Below, piece after piece: positions 1 to 13,699 of a stretch of 64,000 nt of DNA. The DNA is from Tubiluchus corallicola. Lineage: Eukaryota; Animalia; Priapulida. A program made the position numbers and the translations under genes. Within the stretch, counting starts at the first letter, position 1, and the number at the start of each line of letters is the position of its first letter. Location of the stretch: positions 313,187 through 377,186 of the forward strand of contig JAQGDQ010000166.1 of NCBI GenBank assembly GCA_030141605.1, in the 5' to 3' direction. The notes beneath the pieces are model-generated. The model worked only from the letters and a program-made list of their open reading frames with translations, did no database searches and was not told where the DNA came from.

Positions 1-194
1 TATCTAAACTTGTTTCAAATGACCTACCATCAAAATGGCTGCACCTAAACGTAATTGAGGGAGTTTAGATTTACATGTTTAAAACAGTGTTACTGCCGAC
101 GCAAGCCCTGCAAGCAGCAAGGCACTATGTAAGTGGTATAAAATTTCAAGACGAATTTTTTAAGCTTCATGTAAGTGGAGGGTTTTCCTGTGCT
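1..194 (+). mobile_element. Family A MITE (Kolobok-like), 3' part cut by window edge
   Basis: Matches the 3' third of the full copies at 19965 and 55374; ends GTAAGTGGAGGGTTTTCCTGTGCT. Confidence 0.8.
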
Positions 195-369
195 TTGAGC
201 TACATAAATAATGCTTCATGTGCTCAATCCCTTAAAAATAAGCAGGAGAGGTACCATATAATATATTTAATCTTGCTCAAAAACTGAAGTGCATGCCGGA
301 AAGTCTTACGGTACATTTAGACAAGTGACATTTCGGTCTCAAGTTTTCTCTCTGACAGCAAACTTGCAA

Positions 370-572
370 AGTGTGAACTGTTTCGCGAGTTACTGTCCAC
401 AAGAAATTGCAAACTCTGTGGGTTGATTTACTGTCTAGTGTGAACGCATCGGCGAGTTACTCTCGACAATTCTCACGGCGAATAGAGGTTATTCATCGGC
501 TCACGCTTACTGTCGGACAGTAACTCTCTGCGAGTTTTGCTTTCTACTCTGAACATGCTTGCGAGTTACTCA
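370..572 (-). mobile_element. Fragment of a repeat shared with 50180-50330 (PIF/Harbinger-like MITE)
   Basis: 495-572 is the reverse complement of about 50238-50312; the 50180 copy starts GGCGCGTTCACACT, reminiscent of Harbinger MITE ends. Confidence 0.5.
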
Positions 573-2464
573 CTAGACTTAGTGCACCATTATTTTAACA
601 GCCAGCCTCGGCATATAAGCTGGTCTATGTTAACACTGTAAAGCTTACAAATGATTGCCAACAGTACATAAAAATGTAAATAAGTGTCATACAATACAAA
701 CCTGTATCTATCGTTGCAATTTTTAGTGAGCCAGCTCCAAAACTTTGACCATTTACTACACTCGGGTGTGTATCTTTCCGTATACGATACTTGTACCGAC
801 AGAGTTACGTCTTCATCAAAGCTGAAATTATTTATTATTAATTTTAATAAATTTTCACATTTGACTGCTATTGATTACTAACACAATTTTGAATTCCTAT
901 AACATTAAAAGAACAGAAAACGGAAGTTTACAGTATATCACAAAAAACTTTCCCTGCAAAAATTATATTACTTAGCAATATGCTTACCTGTTTGAAAGAC
1001 TTAAGTATTTGTTAGGCGATCCACATAAAAAATTGTTTCTATCTTACCTCATGAGCTCAAAAGATGTCAGTAGGGAGGAATTTTTTTTAAACTTTGTTTA
1101 AAGCTGAATTGTGGAATATTTAAAATCAGTTGAAATCAAAGATTGTTTATTTCCCACTGGTTAACAGTAATGTTTTAAATTTTTGCAATGCACAATTTTT
1201 CAAGCTTTGCTTTTTAGTTTCGCATTACCAAATTTTCGTATAATTATCAATTATTGTATAATATAATCTCTTTTTGTATCATATACGGTATAAGCGGCAA
1301 CACTACTCGGTCGTTAATACACCGATTTGGCGGAAAATTTGATACTTTTTAGGCTTCAATACAATAAGCATCATACAAAAGGGCAACCCTGGTAGAGAGT
1401 TAGCCGTGGAAAAACATGGCCATGTCCAGCGTTCCCCAAAAGAACTATTGCTATAATAATTATTGTGTTTTACATTTTAAATTAAAAAAATACACTTTTA
1501 TATGACTGCGTCAAGTAAGTATATATAAACGTACAAAAAAAACTTGTAAAATTCCCGGAGGGGTGTGCAATAAAAAATATTACCCGGGCGATTTGACAGA
1601 AACAGAAGTATTTTTATTGTCAGCCGAAAACATTATTTGATAAAATTAACTTGTAACTAAATATCTTTATCTCATGAAAATATGTTTCACCATCAAAGCA
1701 ATTCTCTTTTCTTATTACTTGAATTTACTGTAACCTACTACATTTCATAGGTGCAAAACATCTTACTAAGTCCACTTTAACTCTGCTAGTGTCTGGCATG
1801 TATTCTGAACAGTTTTAATGGTAACATGTACATTGTTTACTATTTTTACAAAAGCATATTTAACAGTCACGAGTATGTAACTCTTGTTGTAATAAAAGTA
1901 AACTACTTTGTCTATCTCAACTACAGTTTCAAGAGTAAAAAAAATTACAGTGCTCAGTTAAGAGTCTAAATTTTCAGAGTCCAGGTTGGTTGACTTTGAT
2001 AACTTTTAGTTCTTTGCCACCCTCTAACCAATCAGTTTAATATCATATCTCAGATAAATTAATTATCATAATAATTTTGTTACACTGTAACCTATTATCA
2101 TTTCATGCACTGTGTTTTTCTTCTAAAAAGGTGATAAATAAAAATACTTACTTACTTACTAGTCTGCTAGATGCACTCACTTCCCATGGAATTACTGGCT
2201 TATTTAAGTTTACTACGATAATTTAATGCACTACACACTACACTAAACTCACATCAATCTAAGCAAAGTACTGCATTATTTGATTTGTTAGAAACAGTGC
2301 TCATTGACAATAATTTTTCCAAATGAAAACTAAACAAATGCTCTTGTCTTGGCTATTTTTCAACCTTTATTTAACCGTCACCAAAACTGCTGCAAAAAGT
2401 TGTTCTTATCAATTTAAAATCCTAATATTATTATTATTACTAGTAGTAGTAGTAGTAATATAAT

Positions 2465-2600
2465 AATAAATTCCACACTCTATTACCAGATGTCCATACT
2501 CACGGGTATATCACTCGCCACCATCTAAAATACCCCTTACCTTGAATCAAGAACAGTTTTATCTCATATGGCTTATTTTTTTTCCTAACTTAAATTTCGA
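2465..2600 (+). mobile_element. 3' end remnant of CR1-group LINE (same family as 46560-47229)
   Basis: CCACACTCTATT...CAAGAACAGTTTTATCTCATATGGCTT matches the reverse complement of 46600-46715. Confidence 0.6.
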
Positions 2601-4807
2601 AATGTTTCCAAGTTATTTAATTCATATTTCTTATAACAGTGTAACAGTGCTTTTCCCTGTACGTTCTACTTTACTTATTCTTTTTAAAAAAACTTATTAT
2701 TATTATTATAAACTTATTATTACAATCATGATACAGGTACGTGAAGCATGATTATTCCTCACCTTTCTGTTCGACTACATATCCGACGTTTGTCATTGGA
2801 AAACTTCGGAGAAGGCACATTCGCAAAAGTTATCGTAATTACTAACGCAAATATGTACACACTTAATAAAACGCCTTTCGTGATAGGCGCCATCGTTACC
2901 CATGAAGAACCTTCCCTTACATTAACCTCACGGTTGCACTGTTTAGTGTACACTCACGTTACTCAGCAAGTCAGCATCGTACACATCAAGCAAGTTCATG
3001 GATTTCACTTTTATCAGTGCAGTGGCCACATCTCGCGGCAACAATCTGCACTAACTGTTTGAACCAAAGATTTGCACCTCGGGTCTGACGGACTTTGACC
3101 TTATGGCCTTTTTCGTAGGTTTGGCTCACGGCTTCACGCCCACAGATAGATGCACGTGCGCAGAGAAAGAGGCAGAGGTGATCGTGGATTATGGACAGAG
3201 GACGAGGGCATTGTCAGCAAAGTTCAAATTGAACAATAATGCGGAAAAATAAAGAGAACTACAAAAAGCACTGATAATCTTTGGTATAATATATAGGCGT
3301 CCCAATCATATTAACTCGGCAGATCATCACACTCACTGAGCAGGGGTGAGCATCGAAAGTTCGAATTATTTCGATTAGCATAATATCGAAGTTGACAAGT
3401 TACATCATGGTCGCACTGACGCACGTGCGTCCACAGAATTTCTTCACATAATTTTTTTATGGCTAAATAAAGTTTTTTAGCAGTAAACCAGAAAAACACT
3501 CCAACCCCTTGTTTGTTTGCGGAATCCCCGAGCAGTAAGCTAATTTGCATAGTGAAGTTATGTTTATGTATACCACTTACATGGTGTCTATTCTCTTATC
3601 GATTTGCGCTCTCTAGAGAGTTTTTAGCTAACTGTGACTGCACTTCTGCATTTAGAGGGTGGGCCGAAGGGGTCGGGACCCCCCTTTCACGGTAGTAGTA
3701 AAATTATGAGTCACGAGTTTGAGGCGAACTTGCCTGAGAAAAAAATAGCTTCTAGCAACCGCAAAATGGTCTATAATGCAGTAAAATTTCCAATGGGAAA
3801 AGTTAACAGCGGGTCGGCTCAAATCAGTTTTATGTTTGACTATCCACATTTTGCTGGATAAATAATCTTGACACTAAATAAATTAAGCTTAAGTAATGGG
3901 TCATCCGCATTACAGTGTATTACAAACTTGCTTTTAAGATACATGACTACTACAATAAAATACAACGAATATTATCTAGGTAAATGTAGGTAAAATATAT
4001 TTATTAATTCACGTTTGAGGAAGTCTATGTATCAGAATTTAGATCTCATTTGAGGCCTCCAAAATGTGCTTAAATATAGGAAAATGCGTAAATATTCGAA
4101 CATAGCTTACATCGCTCCCCCAGACCCCCTAGCTGCTTGTGCGTCCAATTTTTTAACCACTGGTGACGCCTATGAGCTACATTGCAGCAGTATAGTAGTG
4201 TAGTACTGCAGTATACTACATTACTGTAGTATAGTTAATTTTTGGCATACTAGCTGCACAAGTATGCTTAGTAGAGCAGCCAGAAACTAAAGACTTGCAT
4301 TTGAAAAGAAGTTTAAATCATCCTGGTAGCTATAAAAGTAGGGAAAATCATTTACTTTAAAACTGTGGCAGAATGTCGTAAGATTGCACTTTTATATTTA
4401 ATGGTATAACTTGGTAATTGTCAACTTACTTGTAAAACACTATTAGAAGCTGCTAACAATGTACTAGAAATGTTTAATGCATTTGCATACGTAGATACGC
4501 AAGAAAAGTGTTATACTATTTTAACACACTACAAGTACTTATTAAAAGCATCTGAGTGTAATTAGAACGCAATATTGTGCCATTGCTAACCTCTTCTGTG
4601 CAAAGAATTTTTCCACTTGAAACAATAGTTAATCATAAAAAATCGATAATGTCGGCGAAAAGGACGGCTCTATAGAGTTATTCGCAAGCGGTTAACCCAA
4701 AAAATAAACGTAGAGAAATGAAGCCAATACGACGGGAGAATAACTGACGATGTTCAGAATTTTAAAAATCAATGGCGGCTTGCTGTTGCAATTTCACAAG
4801 ATTTAAT

Positions 4808-5184
4808 TTGGGGTGAGCAGCGAACGTTCGCACTCGATTCGAACTTAAAACTGTAGATTCGAATAGTTCATCACTTTAATCACATACATTCTTCATCATT
4901 AAAACGACTGAAACATCATGCAATTAGCATGATTTAGCTGTGATTTCTGTGCACAATTTTAAACAAATTACCAGTTGTTTTATTGCAGAACAAAATCGAG
5001 TGATATGTATGATATTTGTAAGACTAATTCTTACTGGTGGTTCGAAAACTTGTTCGAATTTCCTGCAATCTCAATTCTAATTCAGTTCGAATTCGGAACA
5101 CTGAAGTTCGGTTCGATTCGAATTCGAAAGTCACAAATTCGGTTTGATTCGAATTCGCTTTCTGGTAGAGAATGCTAACCCCTA
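4808..5184 (+). mobile_element. Family E hAT-like MITE, full length
   Basis: TIR T(T)GGGGTGAGCA / TGCTAACCCCTA; 8-bp TSD GATTTAAT / GGTTTAAT; many subterminal TTCGAA motifs. Confidence 0.8.
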
Positions 5185-5817
5185 GGTTTAATACAGCATT
5201 GTAATGCAGTTATATGGACGAAGTGATACAAATCATCTTTAGCTTCATAAAATCAACATCTTTTGCCATTTTAAAGGTGACTTCCATTGGGTTTTATTTC
5301 TCTGTTATTTGTATTTTTATTGATCTGTCTTGCGTATTTATGTTTTGTGTGCGCGCGCGTGTGCGTGTGTGTGTATGTATATATGTAAACATGTTATTAG
5401 TTTCTATCATAATTTTATAGTATAGCTAAGTGTTTTTCAATCTTTACACAATGCTATGTACTTTTAAATGTATGAAGTAAATTTAAAATAAATGTAATAA
5501 ATATGAAGAAATAATTAGAAGAAAAAATTCACGCATGCAGTCATTCGTGCAAATTATAAAATTCTTTGCCACAGATTCGATTCTGTTTTGGATAAGCAAT
5601 CACTAATTTGACCTAGAAAGTGCAATTTCCTGGTTATTAGCGAAGAGAAACCTTTCAACAGGGAAAACCTATTAAGAGAATCGACGAAGCCTAATTAATT
5701 GTAGCATTCTGTAATGAACAAGCATTCCAATGTGCAGGTAATGCGCCTAATGTTCAAGGCGAGGCTGAGAATCTCACAATTGCTTGAGTCAGACCAAAGA
5801 AAGATCAGTTGCATACT

Positions 5818-6103
5818 ATTTACTTACATAAAGCTAAAAAAGCTCGTCGCGAAATATTGTATCACTTACATACTGTCTTATTACACACAGAGCTTGTATT
5901 AGCAGCAACGCTGTGCAAAACTTGTAAATTTAAACTCCCGCGATGACCGTTAGCTGCAGCCATTTTAGCGGCAAGTCGTTTGGAACAAGTTTAGATAAGA
6001 TTGCAAAAAGTTTGAAAAAGTAATCAGGGCATTTGTAGCGCACTCTCTTTATTAACTGAGCAAAAATTTAAATTACTTGTCAATAAGATCAATAATATGT
6101 TTT
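5818..6103 (-). mobile_element. Family A MITE, partial
   Basis: Contains AAACTCCCGCGATGACCGTTAG..CAGCCATTTT, as in the copy at 22581-23199. Confidence 0.75.
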
Positions 6104-6107
6104 ATGG

Positions 6108-6214
6108 TGAGAGAGAGGGGGGAGAGAGAAAGAGAGCGAAAGAGAGAGAGAGAGCGAGAAAGAGATAGAAAGAGAGAGAGCGCGAAAGAGAAAGAGAGAG
6201 AAGAGAGAGTGAGT

Positions 6215-6278
<64 letters not shown>

Positions 6279-6427
6279 CAGACACACAGAGAGAGTAAGA
6301 CAGAGAAAGAGAGAGGCGGAGAGAGAGAGAAAGAGGAAAGAAAGAGAGGGAGAGAGAAGAAAAGAGAGAGAGAAAGAGAGAGAGGGAGAGAGAAAGAGAG
6401 AGAGGAGGAGAGAGAGAGAGAAAGAGA

Positions 6428-6468
<41 letters not shown>

Positions 6469-6542
6469 GAAGAGAGGGGAAAAGAGAGAGAGGGAGAAAA
6501 AGAGAGAGAGGGAGAGAGCCGAAGGGCGAGCGAGAAAGAGGG

Positions 6543-6583
<41 letters not shown>

Positions 6584-6588
6584 AGAGA

Positions 6589-6632
<44 letters not shown>

Positions 6633-6644
6633 GAGAGAGAGAGA

Positions 6645-6686
<42 letters not shown>

Positions 6687-6758
6687 AGAGAGGGGAAAAG
6701 AGAGAGAGGGAGAAAAAGAGAGAGAGGGAGAGAGCCGAAGGGCGAGCGAGAAAGAGGG

Positions 6759-6810
<52 letters not shown>

Positions 6811-6821
6811 CAGAGAGAGAG
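6108..6821 (+). repeat. Compound (GA)n tract with an internal ~100-bp block duplicated
   Basis: Purine-only tract; the block ...GAGAGCCGAAGGGCGAGCGAGAAAGAGGG occurs twice, about 217 bp apart. Confidence 0.95.
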
Positions 6822-7484
6822 ATTTTCATTGGAACTTTGGAACATGGAAACTTTGTTTTGCCGTACGCCGCCGGAGTTTTCATTGATTAACTAAGAAGAG
6901 ATGGGAGCACCCCCCCCCCCCCATAAACGAAGTACGGAACGTCATCCGACTTACAGCAATGCCGGCCACGTTTGGAAAATTTTACACATTTTCTTATGCA
7001 AACAGATAAATTTATCTCGAAAGCAGAATCAGACGCAATAAAGCTTCATTATTTAGGAAACTTTACAACAAATGTCAAATTTCCGCAAAATTTTGATTAC
7101 AGTGGCGTACGCCAAAAAGGGTGCGACACCGCATGCGCAGAACAGAGCCCTTCACGTTTCTATTAAACACTCTCTTTTGCTGCTCCTCTCTCTGTCCTTC
7201 CCCCTACCTCTCTCTTCTCTCTCTTTCTCTGTCTCTTTCTCTCTGTCTCTCTCCCTCCCCGCTCTCTTAATCTCTCTCTTTCGCGCTCTCTCTCTCTCTC
7301 TCTCTCCCTACCTATGTTACCACATTTTATAGCGTTCGAAGTAGGTTACTACTGTACACTAGCAATTGTATTATAACTGCTATTATTAACTCACATAGAC
7401 TTGTCAAATCTTGCTTTTTCTGAAACGGAACGATTTATTACATAACTAGCCTCTAAAATTTATTTAGCCTTTGATTTACTAACC

Positions 7485-7487
<3 letters not shown>

Positions 7488-7528
<41 letters not shown>

Positions 7529-7552
7529 CATACATATATATATATATACATA
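7488..7552. repeat. (TA)n microsatellite
   Basis: Direct reading. Confidence 0.95.
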
Positions 7553-8399
7553 TTACTCTTGTAATTTCTATTCATTGTATTCTATTTCATTTTAATACTG
7601 TACTTGTATTTTATATGGTCTTAATTGCTGGAATAAAAATTTGAATTGAAGTGAAATGGCGGAGGAGTAGCACTGAAATTTTCAGAAATACCTGCAAAAG
7701 TATAAGTGCGTTAGAGTGTCGTTAGAACTTTGTACTGTGTACTGACTGTTGCTCAATATGTGTATACGACAACAAGAACAACAACAAAGACTTAGTAAGC
7801 ACTTGGCACTGATTAAACTAGGTGCACAAATGTCTCCGACACGACTTTTCAGACTTGCAATTTGCAAACTCGGATATTCATTTTTGTTGAGCGCTTTCAA
7901 ACTATATGACAAGCGATTAGCGAGAATCTTTAAAATGATTTACAGGAAGGAAATTATTCAATCAATAATGAAACAGCATTGTCACTAGGGTCAGTGCAAT
8001 GAATGTTTTCACGTTTTCAACCTTTGCTGTTTATTCTAAGATTTCCCCTTTTGCTCGATCACCATCGAGAACTTATTTTAGTATATGGATGACTTTTTGG
8101 CCTACCCGTTGCTTAGGTAACGGTTCGAGGCTGTAATCTTATAATCTTCGAATTGCCGTTAAGCATTAAATGAAGCCATTTAGTGTGAGAAAATACAGGT
8201 GTGCCCGCGAAGACCGTGTTGTATGTTATAGTAAAACTGATTATTGGTATTTTGTCAACTTCAGTGTGATACCGAGACGTGCAGATCGAGATATTTTGAA
8301 TGAATAATAATTATGTATTTCCATCCTGTATTATGTAACTCACACGAACGTGTAGGTTAGAATAATCAAGTTTAGCGTATTATGGTTTTAGGTGTCTCG

Positions 8400-10150
8400 T
8401 GTCTAAACGTACTGCACCCAAATTTGCTTGTGTTCAAACTTCAGTGTGTCCAAACTTGCTTACGTCCAAACTTACCTGTCTCCAAACTTACCTGTCTCCA
8501 AACTTACCTATCTCTAAACTTACCTGTCTCCAAACGTGCTTACGTCCAAACTCGGTTGCATCCAAACTCGGTTGCGTCCAAATTTACCTGTCTCCAAACT
8601 TGCGTCCAAACTTACCTGTCTCCAAACGTGCTTACGTCCAAACTCGGTTGCATCCAAACTTGCTTGCGTCCAAATTTACCTGTCTCCAAACTTGCGTCCA
8701 AACTTACCTGTCTCCAAACTTGCTTGCATCCAAACTTACTTGCCTGCGTCCAAACCTACCTGTCTCCAAACTTGCTTGCATCCAAACTTACTTGTTTGCG
8801 TTCAAACTTACCTGTCTCCAAACTTACCTGTCTCCAAACTTACTTACGTCCAAACTTATCTGTGTCCAAACTTGCTTGCGTCCTAACTTACTTGTCTCCA
8901 AACTTGCTTGCGTCCAAACTTACCTGTCTTCAAACTTGCTTGCGTCCAAACTCAGTTGTGTCCAAACTTACCTGTCTTCAAACTTGCTTGCGTCCAAACT
9001 CAGTTGTGTCCAAACTTACCTGTCTCCAAACTTGCTTGCATCCAAACTTGCTTGCGTTCAAACTTACCTGTCTCCAAACTTACTTACGTCCAAACTTACC
9101 TGTCTCCAAACTTACTTACGTCCAAACTTATCTGTGTCCAAACTTGCTTGCGTCCTAACTTACTTGTCTCCAAACTTGCTTACGTCCAAACTTACCTGTC
9201 TTCAAACTTGCTTGCGTCCAAACTCAGTTGTGTCCAAACTTACCTGTCTTCAAACTTGCTTGCGTCCAAACTTGCTTGCGTTCAAACTTACCTGTCTCCA
9301 AACTTGCTTGCATCCAAACTTACTTGTTTGCGTTCAAACTTACCTGTCTCCAAACTTACTTACGTCCAAACTTATCTGTGTCCAAACTTGCTTGCGTCCT
9401 AACTTACTTGTCTCCAAACTTGCTTGCGTCCAAACTTACCTGTCTTCAAACTTGCTTGCGTCCAAACTCAGTTGTGTCCAAACTTACCTGTCTTCAAACT
9501 TGCTTCCGTCCAAACTCAGTTGTGTCCAAACTTACCTGTCTCCAAACTTGCTTGCATCCAAACTTGCTTGCGTTCAAACTTACCTGTCTCCAAACTTACT
9601 TACGTCCAAACTTACCTGTCTCCAAACTTACTTACGTCCAAACTTATCTGTGTCCAAACTTGCTTGCGTCCTAACTTACTTGTCTCCAAACTTGCTTACG
9701 TCCAAACTTACCTGTCTTCAAACTTGCTTGCGTCCAAACTCAGTTGTGTCCAAACTTACCTGTCTCCAAACTTGCTTGCATCCAAACTTGCTTGCGTTCA
9801 AACTTACCTGTCTCCAAACTTGCTTGCGTGCAAACTTAACCTGTGTCAAACTTGATTATGTGCAAACCCACCTGTCTCCAAACTTGCCTGCGTCCATATT
9901 TACCTGTGTGGAAACTTGCTTGCATTCAAACTTACCTGTCTCCAAACTTGTCTGCGTCCAAACTTACCTGTCTTCAACCTTGTTTGCATACACACTTACC
10001 TTTATCCAAACTTACTTGCGTCCAAACGTCCCTGTGTCCAAACTTACTTGTCTCCAAACTTGCTTGCATCCAAACTTACCTCTCTTCAAACTTGCTTGCG
10101 TGCAAACGTAACCTGTGTCAAACTTGATATTGTGCAAACCCACCAGTCTC
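8400..10150 (+). repeat. 16-bp minisatellite (CCAAACTTACCTGTCT / CCAAACTTGCTTGCGT) with 516-bp higher-order repeat
   Basis: About 105 units; the variant TCCTAACTTACTTG recurs at ~8881, 9153, 9397 and 9669. Confidence 0.95.
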
Positions 10151-10799
10151 GCTAAGATAAATATGATTTGCCCTAGAAATAATGGGAAATCGCCACAGAA
10201 GTTGAATTCACTCACCGTAGATGTTGGCAATCGGAAAAAGTTGGCCAAAAAAAACTGCCACGCTACATGCCACAGAAAGTTTACAGATAAAAGTTCACCG
10301 TGTGTCCTGGGCGCTTTAATAAAGCTTGTGATTCAAGAATGAGTGTATACTGTACAATTATTTAAATATTAGTTGTAGCAATGAAACTACTGCCCAGTTT
10401 TGATCTATGTGTGAACTGTTCTATTTTGTCCTGTTTCGTTCCGTATTGATCTGATCTTATCACATCACATCACTTCTTTTCTCATACCTTACCTTTCATT
10501 CTAAATCCTTCCCTTCCTGTTTGTTTCCCTTCTCTCCCTTTCTATCCCTCCTTTCACTTTCACTCCCTTTGTTTACATCCCTTCCTTTACTTCTCTTTTC
10601 TTCTTTTCTCTTCTCTGTTTTCTGTTCCTCTCCCCTTGGCCACTGCCCTTCCTTTCTTGTCACTTCTCATGTCGCTTACCATCATTCCCTTTTATCCTCT
10701 CCTCTCACATTTCCCTTTCTTATCGGTATCTCCTCTCATCTCGTCCCCTTTTTTCCTCTCCTCATCTTTGGTCATCAAGCTTCTCAAGCTCTGTTCTCT

Positions 10800-11220
10800 C
10801 CCCTGCCCAAGTGCATACTGCTCAACTGTCCACTACCCAGAAGTGCCACTGTCCAAGTGCACATTGCTCAACTGTCCACTGTCCAGAAGTACCACTGTCC
10901 AAGTGTACACTACCCGAATGCCTGCTGCCTGAGTGTCCACTGAGTCACTGCCCAAGGATCCAATACGCAAGCATCCACTGCCCAAGTGTCCATTGGGCAA
11001 GTACCCATTGTCCAAATCTCCCCTACCAAGAACCACCTACCGCTGCCCTGGCCAGTGTCAATCGCTTAACTGTTCGCTACCCAAGTCTCTGTTACCCAAA
11101 TATCAAACTACCCAATGTCCACTGCCAAGTGCCCAAGTGTCCACTGCCCGAGTGTCCAATGCCCAAATTTCCATTGCCCAAGTGTCTACTGGCGAAGTGC
11201 CTACTGTGCAAATGTTCATG
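10800..11220 (+). repeat. Degenerate 15-bp minisatellite (GCCCAAGTGTCCACT)
   Basis: About 28 diverged units; gives PKCPL-type pseudo-ORFs. Confidence 0.9.
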
Positions 11221-12009
11221 GAAGGCTTGGCATCATTTAATGACGTTCACAACACAGCAAAACACTGTAATATTTTACTTTTCTTAATCAAGAGTACAGA
11301 GCAAACTGGCTCATAATGGTGTTACATCACTCAATCAAATACAAACAAAAAATTCAGTATAAACAACATACTGTATTTTTATCAAAAAATATAATAATTA
11401 GATTAATTAGAAAATCTTAATTAGGAAAAAACACTGACCCTGAGAGTAAAGGCATTGAACATTACAACGTCTGGCTAGTTCTTCATGTAAAACTTTCTAG
11501 GGAAATTAAAAGAAAGTGTCATTAATGGTGATCTTCACACTTATGTATTTTATGTATACTCTGGTAGATGAAATTAAAAGGTTAACGCTCACAAATATCC
11601 AAAAATCTCAGAACATTAGTAAAATTTATACCTCTCGTGGCAAAAACCTGCTAGATGCTTTCACTGAGTTAGTTTGTGATCCGTTTTTGCAAACTTTAGT
11701 ATAAAATATTAAACATTGTGTAACAGAACTTTCTGTTTCTAGTCACTTTTAGATTACACAGGTCGTTTTGTGTAAACTGGTGCTATTGGATTTTAGTTGT
11801 TCTTTTATATTATTTTGAGGTACGAAATCCGTGATTTGTTGGTATATAAAAGTCTTATGAATGTAACAGCTATTTTTATTTACAAAAGTTATTTTTAACC
11901 ATACCCTGCAAATAGAGGGTCACTGTATGTATATTATGTAAACATTTGTACATGTGTATAATTTTAAATTTTAAATAAAGAATAATAATAATAATGATGA
12001 TGAACTGAA

Positions 12010-12255
12010 AAGTACAGCACCTGTTTTTTGCGCAACGCCTCTCCGAGATACAGGCGCTGATGTCCATCTAACTAGCGAATGGCGAAATGCATGTAACAGT
12101 AAGGAACTACTGGCGAGAACGTGAAATTACGTTTCTGTGGTAAAAATTCTCTCACGTGAGTCCTTTTTGAAAAAGTAGCATGTTCCTTTCAATAATTTAT
12201 AGGGTAGAGGGTAAATTGTTTTGATCTATGGTTTAAAATTGGATCAGGTTTTCCT
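12010..12255 (+). mobile_element. Family G TTAA-ended MITE (Kolobok-like), 3' part
   Basis: Similar to 33568-33932 and 49378-49767; ends CAGGTTTTCCT-TTAA. Confidence 0.7.
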
Positions 12256-12652
12256 TTAATTTATTAACGCCTCTTTTTGGAACTATGACATTATCTACGA
12301 TGAATAACTCCATCACACATCACCAACAAGCAAATCGTATCATCGACAGGTATCATGCGAAGAGGTGAACTTTCAATGAAGCCAATTTTATTTGTGGGTC
12401 ACTACATACACAGTACTGAGACATTCGCCTTCAGGCCACGTGATACCTTCAGCTTCAGAAAGGTCGCGATACCTGAAGTCTTCTTTTACTAGACATTCCA
12501 CTTTGTAATCAGTACCTGGTAAGAAAACATCTAGTTTCATTTCATAGTAACATAATGTCCGTGAAATTAGGTAAGAGTTAAAATTGTCATATCAAGTCGT
12601 TATAAAGCTTATAAAATGCTTGTAAATCTCTTACAATAGGCATTTGTAACTA

Positions 12653-13133
12653 CAGTCAACCTCGGATATAAGGGACACTTCCGGACCTGAAACACCCGTC
12701 CTTATATCCGATGTCCCTTATAGCCGAAGTTGAGTCAGACCGAGAGTATATCAAGACCTGTACTTTTCTGTAGTTTTACCCATATTTTTATGGATTATTC
12801 CTACACACTCAGTGCAAACGGTATGTAGGAAGCTCCTTCACTATGTGACCTCCTGTATGTGACCGCGGAAACCGAGCGCTCGAAGGCCGAGTTTGCGAAA
12901 AATTGAGGTTAAAAATCGATCAATTTCGCTTTGATCATAGGACCCTTATATGTGAGGTAATTTGCATGGGTTTCTATTACGCGAGACCTGAAGATATCGT
13001 CCCTTATCACCGAAAGTCCCTTATATCCGAATACATTACATACGAAGATTTTTATAAGGAAAAACGTTACGAAAGATCGGGACCGGTGTTGGTGGTCTCT
13101 TATAAGCGAGTACCTTATACCCGAGGTTGACTG
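12653..13133 (+). mobile_element. Tc1/mariner-superfamily (pogo/Tigger-like) MITE, full length
   Basis: TIR CAGTCAACCTCGGATATAAG / CTTATACCCGAGGTTGACTG flanked by TA on both sides. Confidence 0.9.
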
Positions 13134-13394
13134 TAGTACTTATGCATGACCTGTAATAATATCGAAAGATATCCTCCTTAGAACCAAAAGCATGGTAGGT
13201 GGTGTTATTTCACTTTTAATAAGTCACCAATTAATCAATCATATGTTTTGGATCAAAAGCTATTTTAAAAATTCGGCTGCTGGTTCCTAGCATCATTGAT
13301 CAAATGCATAATTAATTAAAAGTATAATTTTATTAAAACGTTTCAAGATGTTAATTCTTATTACATGCACTTATAGCTAAAAGGTTAATTAGTT

Positions 13395-13570
13395 AATATA
13401 GTTAATTCATTGCCTATTTGGCTTCTGTTAACTACTAAATTAGTTCATTCTGTCTATATAAACTGCTTGTGTGTTTGTGAATTTACTTCTGATGATGACA
13501 ACAGTAGTCAGTCGAAACGTCTGGCATTATTTTAAGTTTTTAATGTAAACGTTTTAACAAATACAAGATG
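13395..13570 (+). mobile_element. Penelope-like pseudo-LTR fragment, copy 1
   Basis: TATATAA box followed by a hammerhead motif; homologous to 39308-39520 and 45480-45670. Confidence 0.65.
13484..13526 (+). ncRNA. Minimal type-I hammerhead ribozyme motif (stem I decayed)
   Basis: CTGATGA-T-GAC...GTC-GAAA-CG-TC|TGGCA. Confidence 0.65.
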
Positions 13571-13699
13571 TTTCAGGATGTATTTTTTTTCAAAATGACA
13601 GCATTTCACCTTCAGTTGTCATTTCAAAACGTTTTGAGGTAAATTAGCATAATTTAACCTGAACAAAATGCCATGGTTTATTGATAATTTAAACCAACA

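Noticed and set aside
1013-1626. Possible TIR element (AGGCGATCCACATAAAAAA ... TTTTTATTGTCAGCC)
   Set aside because: TIR too degenerate, no TSD and no second copy in the window.
3291-4173. Possible MITE bounded by ATAGGCGTC / GACGCCTAT
   Set aside because: Only a 9-bp inverted match, no TSD, mosaic interior.
6073-6886. ER/SL-rich ORFs
   Set aside because: (GA)n microsatellite read-through.
8399-10111. 570-aa ORF and overlapping ORFs
   Set aside because: Translation of a 16-bp tandem repeat cycling through all three frames; no domain, non-ATG start.
12428-12478. Imperfect hairpin CTTCAGG...CCTGAAG as pre-miRNA
   Set aside because: Short and bulged, matches no miRNA I recognise; expected by chance in 64 kb.
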